DNA of 61,937 bases, counting the filler, from Sluysia triapertura (lineage: Eukaryota), in NCBI GenBank assembly GCA_046118255.1. It is 4 parts of 4 records of this genome, joined end to end, with 100 filler letters (N's around TTAATTAATTAA, not from the genome) between each part and the next. Parts side by side here need not be neighbours in the genome. Positions count along the whole stretch, not along the records: positions 1 to 15,791 come from JBJNIA010218918.1; 3 more parts are not named here. One strand, written 5' to 3'. The notes beneath the pieces were generated by a model, which was not told where the DNA came from, did not search any database, and saw only the letters and a list, made by a program, of their open reading frames with translations. Position numbers and translations under genes: made by a program. Of the stretch, positions 1-13,636 are shown piece after piece (the stretch's first letter is position 1; the number at the start of each line of letters is the position of its first letter).

Positions 1-32
1 TAAAGTTTTAAAGTTATTCACATTTTTCTTCC

Positions 33-77
33 CATGGGGGGGTAAAATTACCCCCCAGGTTGACTGACAAAGGTTAA
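33..77. mobile_element. right end of a piggyBac-type (TTAA) element
   Basis: Ends in ...CAAAGG|TTAA and is preceded by a GGGGGG-TAAAATTA-CCCCCC hairpin, as seen at piggyBac-type ends. The other end is outside the window. Confidence 0.5.
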
Positions 78-1036
78 GTCAACGTTTCAGTGGAAATTCT
101 CATCACTTGACCATAACAAATGGCTAAACAATTAACACATACTCAGAATACTGTGATGACTATCTGTACTCGGTAATGAAAATCCAAAACATCAGTACAT
201 GGATTGAGTGATACAAGCGAGATTTAGTGTTTTACGATGCTGTCAGTTTATTTTTTATCATAAAGTTATGCCTGATCACTAGCAAAAATTTTTTGTTGTA
301 ACTATATCGGCGAAGAAAAGTAGTTTCACCATGTCAATGTCTTTTTCTTACTATTTTGTAAACCGTAATTAATTAAATATTTAGATAAATTTCAAAATTA
401 AAAAAATAAATGACAAATAAATGTGTTACCTTAAATAAATAAAGTCTATATTTCTTATTTTTTGGACAGGTATTTTCAACACTAAGATGCTAATGAGTCC
501 ATGTAATAAAATCGTTTAATATTTGAATTGATAATAATATTAGTTTGCAAAGACAACTTCTGCAGAAAATTAATGACCATATTATTATTGATTCCAAATA
601 AAATGTTAAATTATTAAATAGATAAATTGCAATAAAGTAATTAATATTTTACAAAGGATTCTTTAAAATAAGGGTATTCAAGAAATCAAACTGGATAATA
701 TCGATTATTAAGATTAAAGTTTCCTTACATTGCTGCACTTCTTATTAGATGTAAATATCCACTGGACTTAATCGAAGAATCAATTTGATAAGCTTTAGAA
801 TTGCAATATTTTTAAGTTATATTATTTGTTTCATTAACATGCTAACTGTCACTTCATAATCATTTAAAAAAGGCTTACAGTATGTACACAGATAAATGCA
901 GAGCTAAAATTATGGAAAAGATTATGGACCATCATATTTGACTGTTAATACAGTTGAAATAAAAATTTTATGTCATTATATAATGTTAAGTGTTTCTAAA
1001 TTTGTTTAATTTATCAAACTTTTTTATATTTCATAG

Positions 1037-1435
1037 TCCCTAGCTCATGAATTGACCAATGCCGAAGAAACACAAACACAATTGAAATTTCGTTCTGATC
1101 AAATTTATCGAAAATTTGAAGATCTGGAACGCAAGTCATGTTTGAATAATGATCAGTATCAGATGTACACGAGACGTTTAGAAGAAAAAGAAAACGAATT
1201 GCTAAAGCAACAAGAAATAATATCGGAATGCCGATCTAAAATCAATAATTTAGAAATAGAAAAATCTCGTCTTAATCAAGAATTAATTGTTTGTCAAGAA
1301 CAATTGAAGCAATTACAGCAAACGTTTTCAGAAGAAAAGAAACTAGTACAAGAAGCTCATTCTAAAGTAGTAGAAGAATTAGAAAATAAAATAAATATAT
1401 TAATTCTTGATACTAAAACATTAACCAAAAATTCA
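1037..1435 (+). CDS. internal exon of a coiled-coil protein
   Basis: Open frame rich in E/K/Q/L heptads, bounded by a polypyrimidine-TAG acceptor (1035-1036) and a GTTAGT donor (1436). Confidence 0.6.
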
Positions 1436-2637
1436 GTTAGTTTTTACATTTCTATTGAACTTCATTTTTAATTCAACTTAATAACGGAAATATTATTTAT
1501 ATCTTATTTCATGTGTAAAATAATACGTTAAACTAATTTTTAATAAAATGTGGTTGATAAAATATGTTTTTAGTATTAAATGAACATAACTTATGACAAA
1601 TTAAAAATTAATAAAAATCGCTCAAGAACTCAAGAATTAATAAGAATAAAATTAAATGTAGTTATAGCATATATAAATATAATGTAGAATGTGATTAACT
1701 ATTTTATGGAGAAAATTGTCTGCGTCAAGATAAAATTATGTAGAATAACACGAAAATGTACCTTTTATTTTATATACTACCTCTCTTCAAAAATGATTGT
1801 CTCGTTAGTTTTATATACAATATATTAACATCAATTTCTCTTTAGACAAATTTTTTATTTATGAAAATATTTCATTACAAATTTTATATCATTACAAATC
1901 TCTCAATAAATTGCTAGCAGCTTCCAATCTGGAAGTTTATCCTTTCTTCGTAATGCCTCTTTCTCAATACGTGCTACTAAATTTTTATTGCCTCCTCCGG
2001 CTAACATTGAACTTTAGAACGCTTTTTGATTTCCATGATTTAAAGTTATTTGGACTGAAAAGAAAGTAAGAGTGGGTTATTTTGATACATAGCTAAAAAT
2101 TACAAATTTCAGAAATATTTATAAAATTATTATAAACTGAACAATTACTTCCCAATTATTCTATGATTTTATGATTTTATTGTTCAGAAACTAATGACTT
2201 ATTGTCATCTTATATGTTGTGGTATATGTTGTGATTTAAGATCCACAACTTTTGAATTTAAATGAATTTTTACGTTTTTTAGTATTATTTTTATATTAGA
2301 ATTAAAATCATAATATTCGTTTTAAAATTTAATTAATTCGCAACTATTTTAACATAAAATGAATGAAGAAAACCATTAATATCTATTATACTTAAATTTA
2401 AAAATTTATTGACAGTTAAATTTGAAATTCTTTTCTTGTAAATCATTTCCTTGACATGTTTCAAAATCAGACTTTCCAAATTTCTAAAAGATATTAAAGA
2501 ATAATAAAACATAAATATAACAGTATAAATATGGTAAGAATAAAAAATTACAATTACTTTTGGATTGTAATATTCATTATTGTTGAAAGGCCGTTCGCTA
2601 AATGATGACATCAGTTGTATTCTATGCTTATGATTCG

Positions 2638-2787
2638 TTAAGTGTGACGTCCAGGAGGAGTTATCGTGAGTTCTGTTGCATTGTGTACAAAGTGACAGTT
2701 ACTACCATACCTTATACATTTCCCGTCTAGAGTCACAGCATATAGACACAGACCAGACTTGAAGTGTCGTGACTCATCGTCCAAATC
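2638..2787 (-). pseudogene. CCCH zinc-finger coding remnant (TIS11/ZFP36-like)
   Basis: RHFKSGLCLYAVTLDGKCIRYGSNCHFVHNATEL gives C-x9-C-x6-C-x3-H with a YKTEL-like lead-in and an EL tail. Confidence 0.6.
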
Positions 2788-2820
2788 TTATCGGATTAAT
2801 TGAGTTGTAGTAGTATCAGT

Positions 2821-3775
2821 TGGAACGTTGTTCTCTTTTAAAGACTATTCAATTATTTCCGGTCTTCCTAATAATTTTAACGGTTCGAATTGACATATTT
2901 GCAATCGATTATGTTGAATTTGTTTTTTAATTTCGCACATTATGAAATCATTTTGTAAATTTTTCAATGTCACCTTCGTATCACGTTTATCAAATAAATA
3001 ACACATAATATGTCATTATTATTTACATTAAAACGCTTGCGAATAATTTCTAATTCATTTTCATTATAAAGAATTATCAAGAATTAAGCATCAATTTTCT
3101 GTAAGTTTTCATAAAACTCACAAAATCGATTTTTCTTAGTTTCAAAATTAATTTTTACTAAAATAATGTAAAGAAATAAATTTACTTCAAACATTCGTGT
3201 CAATATGTCGCATGCATGTCTACCTTTAATAACTTTACTCACTCTGCCCAAATAGGTTTACCACTAATATTTTTGACACCATCGACTTTTTGTTTAATAT
3301 CAGATAAAATTTCTTCAACGTGTGAATCGGATTGTTCCGGAATTCTTCCAGAAATTCTGAAATATCGTAAAATTTTTAAATAATGTTATCGACTTCGATT
3401 ATCACTGATTCCAATAAAACAGATATCATTTTCTAAATTTTTAATGTCACCAAGGTACTCATAAACAAAAACATCTTCATCTAAAAGTAAAGAATTAATA
3501 GTTAAGTCACATCTTTCGGCATCTATTTTCCAATCAATTATAAATTCAACTTATGCTCTGAGGCCATCATTTACAACATCAAATCGTAGAGTAGTTTATT
3601 CAAAATTTTCTTTATCATTAATTCTTTTGGTTATTGTACCGTGTGGTTCAACATTTGACATATATTGAAATCTTAATTTTGAAAAAGGATAACTAAAATT
3701 TATTAATTCTGTACGAGCTTTCAATCTAAGTTCCATGTCTTCTTTACTGTTAATTGCCACTCAAATATCGTTAAC
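2821..3775 (-). pseudogene. TRNT1: CCA-adding tRNA nucleotidyltransferase (TRNT1-like) pseudogene
   Basis: Translation [49 protein letters not shown]...*HYLKILRYFRISGRI...ISGKPIWAE matches class II CCA-enzyme motifs (HGT, TTLR, DAxRRDLTINS, EDYLRILRYFRF, ISGERIW). It has several in-frame stops and a frameshift. Confidence 0.85.
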
Positions 3776-6700
3776 TTAAGTATCGTTAAAACAAATTTTA
3801 TAATAACGAAAAATCAGAACTTGACAATAGGTATCTGTTTTTAAAGTACTACAATCTATAAGCTATAATTTTTGTGATATAACAATAACATAGTAAGTAT
3901 TTTTATCATGTAACAAACAAAAGTTGACAATAAGATACTGTTTGTAATCGTTCTAAAAATAGTTCACCAATTAAGGCTATTCATTGACAAAATTACGATG
4001 TGCACTGTTCAACCATGATTGCTTGTTCAACCAGAGTTATGAAAATAACTACTCTGGTTGGACAACCAATAATTGCACTAAAAATTTTTCACATTGAAAG
4101 GCCAACCACTATGAATGATGGCAAAAATTTATACATGGAAACTAACAATGTCACCATTGATCGTGGTAATTACTAGTTCATGAAATTAATTGTATAAAAA
4201 TGATAATAACAATAATATTATTATTATTAAAATTTTAAATACATAAACCTTTTCAAATTACATGATCTTTCTGTTTAAGTATCGTATTTCTGGACACATT
4301 ATTTGAAGATCTTTATTATTTTTGAAAGACTAAAAAGCGAAGTGTTGAGATTGTGAACTTATGGTGTTTTAAATTCATATTAAGCATTTTCGATAAAATT
4401 TAAAGATGTAATTGTAATTCTAATGTTATAAAATAACACGTAAATGTTTTAAATAAATTTTTAAATGCTTTTTAATGGTTTTAACTAAAGATACAGTTTG
4501 AATATTGAAAACTTATGACTTAAGTGTTTTATATGAATTATATGAAATATACATTGATGTTTTTGGATAAAAGTGAGGTTTAGATGTTCGAAAATTGGAA
4601 CTTGAAAATGTATTGAAAAGAGAATAGTTTTTAGTGGATCTGAAGGAGATAAATTATAGCCCAGGTTTGGTACATTCTAAAAAGGTAGTTGCGCAATATT
4701 GAAAATTATGATTAAGATTATGTTGATATGAGACTATGTATAAAAATGTTTTTAATGAGTTTTTAAAATTGTGAGAAAGGTGTATAGAATAAATTTAATA
4801 ATTAAAATTTGCGTGAGTTCACCAACGTACTTGACTTACCAGCGAGAGCCAGCCGTTGGATTTTAATGCGAGAATAGATACTTAACTGTTAAAGTAATGA
4901 TTCTACCTAGTACCTTAAATCTGGAGGTGAATATTTAAAAAGGAATTCGAATTAATTTAGTTATATTTCAAATGTAGAAGTTTTAAAATAATAATTTTAC
5001 GTAAATCCCGTTATATGGGATCAGTTAAAAGATTTTTCTTACTAGAATTAATTTCTAGTGTAGGAAAACATATAAATCAATTAAATTTAAGATTTTAAAA
5101 CTATAGAAGTGAATAATGAACTCAGATTAAATAATTTATTAATAAAAATGCAAAAAGTAGAACAGATTAACAAATAGATATAATATAAATCGAAATTTTA
5201 CTATAAACTAAATATAATTAGTTTAAATATAAAAAGAGATTTTAAAATAATATTTTACCTTAGATCGTTATACAATCCAAATAAAAATTCATAAGTTTAA
5301 GTGAAATTTTACAAATAATATTCTTCGAATATCTGAATTTAATAAAAATTGAGCCAACGTGATCCAAAATAGTTCAATGTCTGTGATAAAATATAAAATT
5401 ATTTTCTTTGATTCGAATATCAGTACCGAAATAAAAATTGTCTTGTTTAAACTCTTGAGTAAAGATTTAAAATCAAAATTTTGTTGTTGTGAAAATCTTA
5501 TGTGATTTTATACCTTGAGGTTAGATTAAAACAAAAGGGTATATTTAAAATAAAACTTTTTAATTAAAATAAGTGGATATCGTTAGCTTTGAAAGGATTA
5601 AAATTTAATTTAATTTAAAAATAACATTAGCTTTAAAAATTTAAAATAATTTAATAATAAAAATTAAAAACGTACTTTTTAAAATCTACAAAATCCCAAA
5701 ATTATAAAATTATTCAAACAAACATAAAATGAATTTAAAATAAATTAGATAAATAATCAATAAATAATACATTTAACACACGTATTTGCATTCCTATATC
5801 TTTTAATAATTTTTTATTAGTGATCCTATAAGTGGTTACAACTGTAGATTAACCCGATTTATACCAATTTTTTATTATGTTAAACTTTAATCAATGTTTG
5901 ACTTTTATCAAGAAATGATCGAAATGATCAGTAGCCGGATACGTAATAATCAGATTATGAAATAATATCTGTATTGTGTCTTTTTTGAAATTATCAATAA
6001 TAACTCAATAATAATAATAAAATTTCGATATATTTTCAGTGCAATATAGAATGAATACAAATTAATAATTATTCTTAAATCACAGAAATAATACATATCT
6101 TGAATCATAAATCAGTTAATAAATAAAATACTCAAAATACACAACACACGAAATGTTAAACAAAATAAATAGCAGGTAACAACACGGACCAACTAACCAC
6201 GCTAAGCATATCACTGGTTTAAGTTACTAAAGATGAAACTTCAATCACATATTTACCACAATGGTGTCGAAGTAGTTTTAATGGAGGCGAAGTTTTATCT
6301 TCACTTTATACTTTTGCCGTTTCGTTACTTATTTCTTTTTTTACATTTTTGATAAAAATGCGATTGCTTATATAGTAGTTGGATAATCTCGGAGAAGTAT
6401 TAAAAGTATAGAAATAATTACTTTACAATCTAGTTTCAATAATTAAATTTCGAAGATAATTTCCGTCGATAATGGGATTTGTGACAAACAATCCTTTAAT
6501 CTTATTAACACACAAAATCAAAATTTAACAACATTATGCGACAATTTTTACTATTTAAATAATACATCCACTTAAAATAAATATAAAACTAATTAAATAC
6601 TAATTTTTTTCATAAAATATTTGAATATATATATATATTATACATTAACAGTGCGTTAAAAGTCGATTTCAATAAACTTTCTGAGTTGGTAACTTAATAA

Positions 6701-8144
6701 AAATTACTTTATATATTTTTGATAAAATTTGAAGATATTTAACTTTAAGTTATAGAAAATTAATTAAAATAACTAATTTTTACAATACTTGTATTGACGT
6801 GCTTCACAATATCTCAATAATACAAACGAGATTCAACATTATACTTTAAATTAATTAATAAATGTACGTTTGTATTTTCAAGAACGAAACCTTCTAAAGG
6901 TTTTATCTACGTACTATTCTTTCTAATTTAAAATACCCTTTAATAAACACAACTCATCATGATATTTTACTTTATTCTTATTTTACAAATCATAGCACCA
7001 CCATTAACGAAACCCAACACTAAAAGAGTAGTAATCCAATGCTGTTGACTTCTAGATATGTACTTTGTATCTAGAAACGATAATTTTGATTCATTAAGAA
7101 ATTCAACTTTGATCTGACAGTTTTGTAATGCAAATAATAGAAACGATTATGGTAACCATCGTAAATAATTACTCGAAAAATTTATTATTTCTTGTTGTTG
7201 TCCAACTTTATATGCTTCAAATAAATGCGTAAATTTACTCACATAAAAATTCTTACTAGTTTTTAATTACTATTTATGGTTTCAGTTATTATTATTTATT
7301 TATTTCTAGAATCATTAAAAGTATTATTAATTTTTTGTATTGTTATTTCAAAATATTAAAAATAGTTTACGAATTTAAAGTTTATTAATTTTCATATTCT
7401 AATTTAAATTGACATATTAAAATGATTTTCAAATTTAATTTCTACTTTTTAATCATTTTTATTCTATGGTTTTTATCTATTAATTGAACTGAATCCTTAA
7501 TGACTCCAATTCATTTCTTTCAATAATTATTTGAGTTATATAACAACGTTTGTCATAAAAATTTATGAATTTATTTTTTATTGTTTATTCATACAACTAA
7601 AAAATGTTAAATATCTATTTCATTTTTATCATATATTGAAAATGTAACAGTAAAATGTAATATTTACAAGATTGCTTTAAATTTGAAGATAATTCTAAAC
7701 TAAACGTTTCTTTTAATTCGTTTGAATTGCTAGAAATAATATTGATTAAAAAATAATAAATGAAAGAATTATTATTATTATTATTATTAATTATTTTCGT
7801 AAATGTTTCGAATATTTCATTATTTTTTGGCTAATATAATAATGAAATGTAAAATATTAATAAATTAAATTATTTGATCAGAATAATTATTATAATGAAA
7901 TTTCTTGTTATTTTATTCATTTGTTTAATTAGTTATTGAAAGACATTAAAGAAACCAGTGTATATATATTTGATAAGTTTAAAAAAGCAAAACATAAATT
8001 TTAATTTTCTTAAAATTATATTATCTCTGAATAATATATTTTAATAAAAATTTCTAAAATTATAAAATAAAATTATATTGGCACCAGATTTCCGATTGGA
8101 ATTTTTTTGCTTCTATTAATTATTTTTATTAATAATATTATTTG

Positions 8145-8189
<45 letters not shown>

Positions 8190-8209
8190 GTAATAATAAT
8201 AATAATAAT
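8145..8209. repeat. (AAT)n microsatellite (others at about 8883, 13079, 15645, 21600, 31511, 43413, 51090, 51838)
   Basis: Read directly from the sequence. Confidence 0.95.
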
Positions 8210-8882
8210 GACGATGATGATGATTTTTTTACAAAACTAATGATAATCTCTATTTTAATAAAGTGAACCTGACTTGCATATTATTTTATAAATAAATAAA
8301 ACTAAAAACTTTTTAACTTCATTATTTTTAAATATGTCATAATTTTGCAAAAATGTTTTGATAAGGATAAAAATATATTAATAAGAACAATATTCTTTTG
8401 TTATTTTTACATTTTATTAGGATTTCTAATAATTTATTATTGCTTACTTTGTTTAAATTATTATATTCAAGTTCTTAGTTTGTTATCTAAAATTTAAAAT
8501 AGGTGCTAGCTGCTTCATAAAATATTAATCAACTTTATATTTCTTTTATATTTCTTTATTATTGCTCATATTTCTTTTTCAGTAGTGCCATTATTTAATG
8601 GGTTATACTTTGAAAAATATTACATTGTTTTAGTAATATTTTATCGCAGTCTTTAAAGTATATGAAATATCTATAAATATTTAGACAGTTACATGACTGC
8701 AAAGTATATCAAAATATAGAATAAGTATAGGTTTCGTATGACACAGATTAAGTAAACAATATTTCAATTTTTTAATTGATTTTTAATCGAAGTAAAACAA
8801 ATTACAGTAATAAGAATTATTATTTTCAATTTTCTAAATATTACTTCTAAACAAATATTAGAATTTTAAAGAAAATTTAATA

Positions 8883-8933
<51 letters not shown>

Positions 8934-8934
<1 letters not shown>

Positions 8935-9295
8935 TATTTATTTATATTGCACTCATATCTACTGCGAAAGTACTCAAAAGCACTTAAATTAAATCATTCA
9001 CCATTATATTTCTGAAACAGTAAGAACTTTACCTTTTTCCTAAATATTTCATTATCTTCCAGTAATTTGACATTCTCTGGTAAATGGTTGTATATCTTTG
9101 AAACATAAACGTTATAAACCATATCACCTACCAAATTTTTATTATTTCTAAGAGATATTCAGGACTTTAGTAATATAAGCATTTGTAAATTATTGTCATG
9201 ATTTTGAATTCTATTCTTGCTTTTATTGGCAACCAATGTAATTCCTTAAGATAAGGTGTTACATGAGATCTTCTTCCAATATTAATATTGATAAT
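8934..9295 (-). mobile_element. 5'-truncated L2/CR1-group LINE 3' end
   Basis: Translation GRRSHVTPYLKELHWLPIKARIEFKIMTIIYKCL, and the 3' UTR is homologous to the copy at 43.0-43.4 kb. It abuts an (AAT)n array. Confidence 0.85.
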
Positions 9296-10739
9296 TAATA
9301 TTTTAATATGAATAATAGTAATTTGAATTAAAAATCCATAAAATTAAATAAGTTATTTAAATTAATTTTTTATTTATACTAATAGTAATTTATTAATTTA
9401 AAACCTATACATAATTTATAAAAATATATAATATATAAATTATAAATTTAATTATCATTATTTTATAATTTTATTTTGATTATATTTATATTCATTATGA
9501 TTTATTAAATCTTTGCATGAAAATGAAATTTTGTTTTATTTTCCTAAATTTTAGTAATAAGTTTGTTATAAAATTGATGTAAAATTATGAATGTGAGTTA
9601 TAAATATTTACGATTTTTGGATATAAAAGTGTCTACCTTTATAGAAAAAATATTAAATTTACTGACAAAATTGTAAAAACAGTTCCAGGGATTATGAAAT
9701 AAGCAGATAGAAATGTCCGGTGAGATATGAAATATCTGATGTACGAGCTTCCTCGCGCGTTAGTATCTCGCATTTTATTTTGCTTTGGTTAGAGTGAGTA
9801 TTGTATTAAATTTGGATTTTTGTTAATTGGAAGGATTTTAGATGTTTATTATATTTACACGTGGTTTTATTTTCTTTAGTCAAAGTCGATTTTAATGGTC
9901 AGTTTATAAGAAATGTAAGTGTTGTGTCGCTATGACAACCAACTATACTTTTATAATTTATATAAAAATCTGATACATACGCATCTGTGAAAATTCAATT
10001 CTTACTTCAGCGATGACGATTATACTGTTTAAGAATTGTGTGACCATCGGAATAAATCTCCGTCTCCTTAAACAGCATTCATCGTGATCATGCAAACGTA
10101 TTTATACAATAAAAATGAATCTAATTCGAATCTTATAATTGCCCGATTAAAGTCTCCATCGCCAAATAATTATCAAACAAATCTTTTAATGATGTTGTTT
10201 ATAACCGTTGTTATAGAAACAGAAAGCATCAGCATCACAATACCTTTATATTTAAAGCTGATTACGATAAACAATTGCCTACATATAATCACAGATCTTA
10301 AATGCCTTTAAAAGCTATCGTATTAGTAAAAATGTATAGTTTACAAATTTGCTAATATTAAAAACTTAAATTAAATCATTTATTAAAAATCATCATCAAA
10401 ATTATCATCATTCGCATTATTAAGAAAAAAGTGTCGATATGCTACTCTTTGATTCTTCTTCCGCCAGTATTTATTTAGTGAGTTAAGCTTTAAATTTAGT
10501 TGTGTTATATTTATGCATAATAATAGTTATTTTACTATAGTGCTTAAAGCACTTTAATTCATGCTCAACGTTAATTTTACTACTATTATTATTATAAAAT
10601 AAAAATAATAAAATAAAAACGGAATTTGATATCTTTACATAAAAATTGTAATAAATAACAACTGAGACTCTGTCTAATTATCATATTTTGAGCATCAAAC
10701 AAAAAAAATTGTTCCGATCTAATCACACCTTTCTTTATC

Positions 10740-11100
10740 ACATATAAAGGAGGAAGTAGTACTTTATGAATAATGCGTTCATTATGGTGCAGATAAGTCA
10801 GTACAATACACAATTGGTAAACTAGAGGTGCTATAAAAAATTCAGCAGACCTAGCTTCGACATTTACTTCACTATCCATTCTAAAATCATTGAAAGAGAG
10901 AATCCTTAACATTATTTCTTTATCAAGATGATTCAGTGATCCAGATATACAGTAAATAATACGTTATTTTTTTCAAATTTTATATTAAAATGCATGTCAA
11001 GTTTTTTTACAGAAAGAGCTGATTGAACACTGCACATTTCAATACAATGATCTTTAAAATACTGCGACCTATCATTAATAGATGTTCTTGATATAATCGA
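10740..11100 (-). pseudogene. decayed Ser/Thr protein kinase fragment (NEK-like)
   Basis: LVYQLCIVLTYLHHNERIIHK resembles subdomain VIa (LxYLH...IIHRD). An upstream KKLDMHFNI resembles LxHxNI. The frame is disrupted. Confidence 0.45.
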
Positions 11101-13109
11101 TTTTAAATTCTTCTAGAGTACATTTTTCGACTCATTTGACGCTTAGAACACGTCTTTTATTTAAAGCTAAAGTCTCACCTGCTTCGTCATCATTAAAGGA
11201 ATGCAATAAAATCATTTATAATTGTCACACTCTATTTTTAAAAGAGTTTTACAAACAATTGTCATACTTTGAAATATTTCAAATAACTTTTTAACGTATA
11301 TCAAAAATTTGGTAAACAGCTTTAGCAGAAACCTTAGATCATCGAACATCAGGACTGAGTCTTATAAGGCGACATACTAGGCAAATCTTTCCGACATGGT
11401 TTCTCACGATTTCGTGTGTACTTTAAATTAACATCATTTTTACGAAAATTATAATCAATTTTATTATTTATATCTTCTTTCCATTTTGATTTTGTGTCTG
11501 AATTAAATAAACTAGGTCTTATAGTTACTAATAGTTTATTGTTTAAAACATTCGTAAACATTTACTCTTTGTTTAAGAAACCAACGAATCTTAAATAAAC
11601 TTCATGTTTTAAATCTTTTTATGTCTTTGATTTGTCACTTTCATCACCTGAAAACTTAAAAAACCAACATCATGGTCCAAAACTTCTGAATATAAACCTT
11701 TAATAGATTCTTCGTTTTGAACTATTATTAGTGGTTGTTCTCAGTAAAATATTAGTTAAATAAGTGACTTAGATTCCATAAATAATTTACTGTCATTAAT
11801 TCTAGGTTCTTCTAGTTCTTCTTTTAGTTAAGTATTTATTGACTTGTTAATTTAAATTAAATTTTCTTTTACTAATTACATGTATACACATAAATAACAT
11901 TGAGTCTTTATAACATTTAAACTGGTTATCGGACTAATACTGTCGATGATGATTACAATAATAATGACTTACCAGTGAATGCATAGAATTTGTTAGTATG
12001 GGTGTGTGTGATGATGTAAAATGTTGGTATGCATATTGTTACAGTTGTTATGTTACAGAAATAATTTGTTAAAATAAAGGAGTGCATAAAAGGAAGTTAC
12101 TGTTAAAATGTTGCAAGTGAATTGTGATTTGTGTGTAAGTTGTTAAATTTTGATTGTTGTTCTTTTATTGCATGGTTGAATTTTTGTATTTTGCATTATA
12201 TTGTAGGGTTATACTCACCACAACGAATATTTAACTCATACGAAATGTGTTTACAAGATATAATCTGCAAATTCAAATCAAAAATCCTGTCAACTCTATT
12301 TGGTGCAACTTTATTAAAGAAGATATAACATCACTAAATGCAACATATTCTACATACGAAATATTATTCCAGTATATCTATATGATAAAATTAATGTTCT
12401 GAATGTCACAAGAAGTATTTGATTTACGACAATATTACAGTATTAATTTCTGGTATTAAGGAAGACAAAAATGGCTCATATACACCAATTTGGTATATAT
12501 TAGATGGTATCGACAGTTAACTTTTAGAATTTTATATCACTAATATATTTGTTATTCGAATTTTTTTCTATTTATTTAGGGTTGTAGGTGTAGAAATAAT
12601 CTATATCCCTCTTAAAAATCTTTATCCAATTTAATATATCAAAGAGAAATTAATATTCACGCTAATCCGTTAAATGAAATAATATCCATTCTAACCAATC
12701 AGATTGATCTAATCCATAATAAAATACGAACCAATTACTTAATTACAAATCCATATTTAATATAATCCTCACTCTAACCATTATAAAACACTCAACTAAT
12801 CGGAATTCTTCAATTTAATTCATCGTACAATACGAACTACATGCACGAAATGTGGGGTTAGTTTAGCGCGGATATTTCTATCTACTAAAATATTATTAAA
12901 AAAATTATTAATGAAATTCATTTATACCTAATAATATTGTGAAACTGTGCGAAAATTGCATCAATTATTCAAGCAAAAAAGGAGATAGCATCTGACACTT
13001 TATTTTAAAGAATTTCATTGGTTATCAATAAAGACAAGAGTATAATTCTAAATCTATAAGTGGAAACAAAAATTGATGTAATAATAATAATAATAATAAT
13101 AATAATATA

Positions 13110-13260
13110 AGTAATAGTTTATAAACTGTTTATCTTTACAAATATAAATAACTTGAAAATGTCAAATTACTGGAAAATTATGAAATATTTAAGAATAAAA
13201 TGTTATTTCTATTTAAGAAATATTATAATGAATTATCAATTCTAAGTGTTTTTTTAGTTT
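13110..13260 (+). mobile_element. short L2-type LINE 3' fragment
   Basis: GAAAATGTCAAATTACTGGAAAATTATGAAATATTTAAGAA...AAATATTATAATGAAT aligns with 43284-43366. Confidence 0.7.
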
Positions 13261-13275
13261 TTATTTTCGAATAGA

Positions 13276-13636
13276 TGTTAGACTTGGTAAAATGGACTGA
13301 CCGGGAATCGAACCCGGGACCTTCACTGCGCCCCGTCTAACAATTTTATATTATTATATTCAATTTTCCCAAATGGCACTTTTAGGCCTTTTACCCCAAC
13401 ATATCTCACCTAATTCAATTATGTTTGTCCTCAAACATCTTGTAAATCAGTTAATTCAACATCAGAATGGTATTCGATATGTGGGCTCACCAAATATTTG
13501 ACTTCGAAAAAAGGACTGACCGGGGATCGAACCCGGGACCTTTAGTTGCGCAGTTCGATTCTCTACCGTCTAACAATTTCATTTTTAATATATTCAATTG
13601 TACTACATGGCACATTTTAGGCCTTTTACCCCAACA
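13276..13636 (-). mobile_element. TRIM-like non-autonomous LTR retroelement with tRNA-derived LTRs
   Basis: TAGA target-site duplication at 13272-13275 and 13637-13640. Direct repeats at 13276-13401 and 13495-13636 with TGTT...AACA-type ends. PBS TGGTGAGCCCAC (13492-13481) lies 2 nt after the 5' LTR. A purine tract AGGTGAGATA abuts the 3' LTR. The internal region is 93 bp. Confidence 0.85.
13507..13575 (-). promoter_or_regulatory. tRNA-derived Pol III cassette inside the LTR (not a functional tRNA)
   Basis: GACGGTAGAG (D-loop/A-box-like), a perfect T-arm CCGGG-TTCGATC-CCCGG (B box), then TCAGTCC followed by TTTTTT. The 5' acceptor strand is degenerate. A second, partly deleted copy lies at about 13294-13340. 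Confidence 0.7.

Noticed and set aside
3380-3600. TAA at two conserved Glu positions of TRNT1, suggesting a variant genetic code
   Set aside because: Other stops and frameshifts occur at non-Glu positions, and the Msx and Vps15 exons are open in the standard code. This is pseudogene decay.
13507-13575. Functional tRNA gene
   Set aside because: The acceptor stem and D-arm are degenerate, and it lies within an LTR-like direct repeat.
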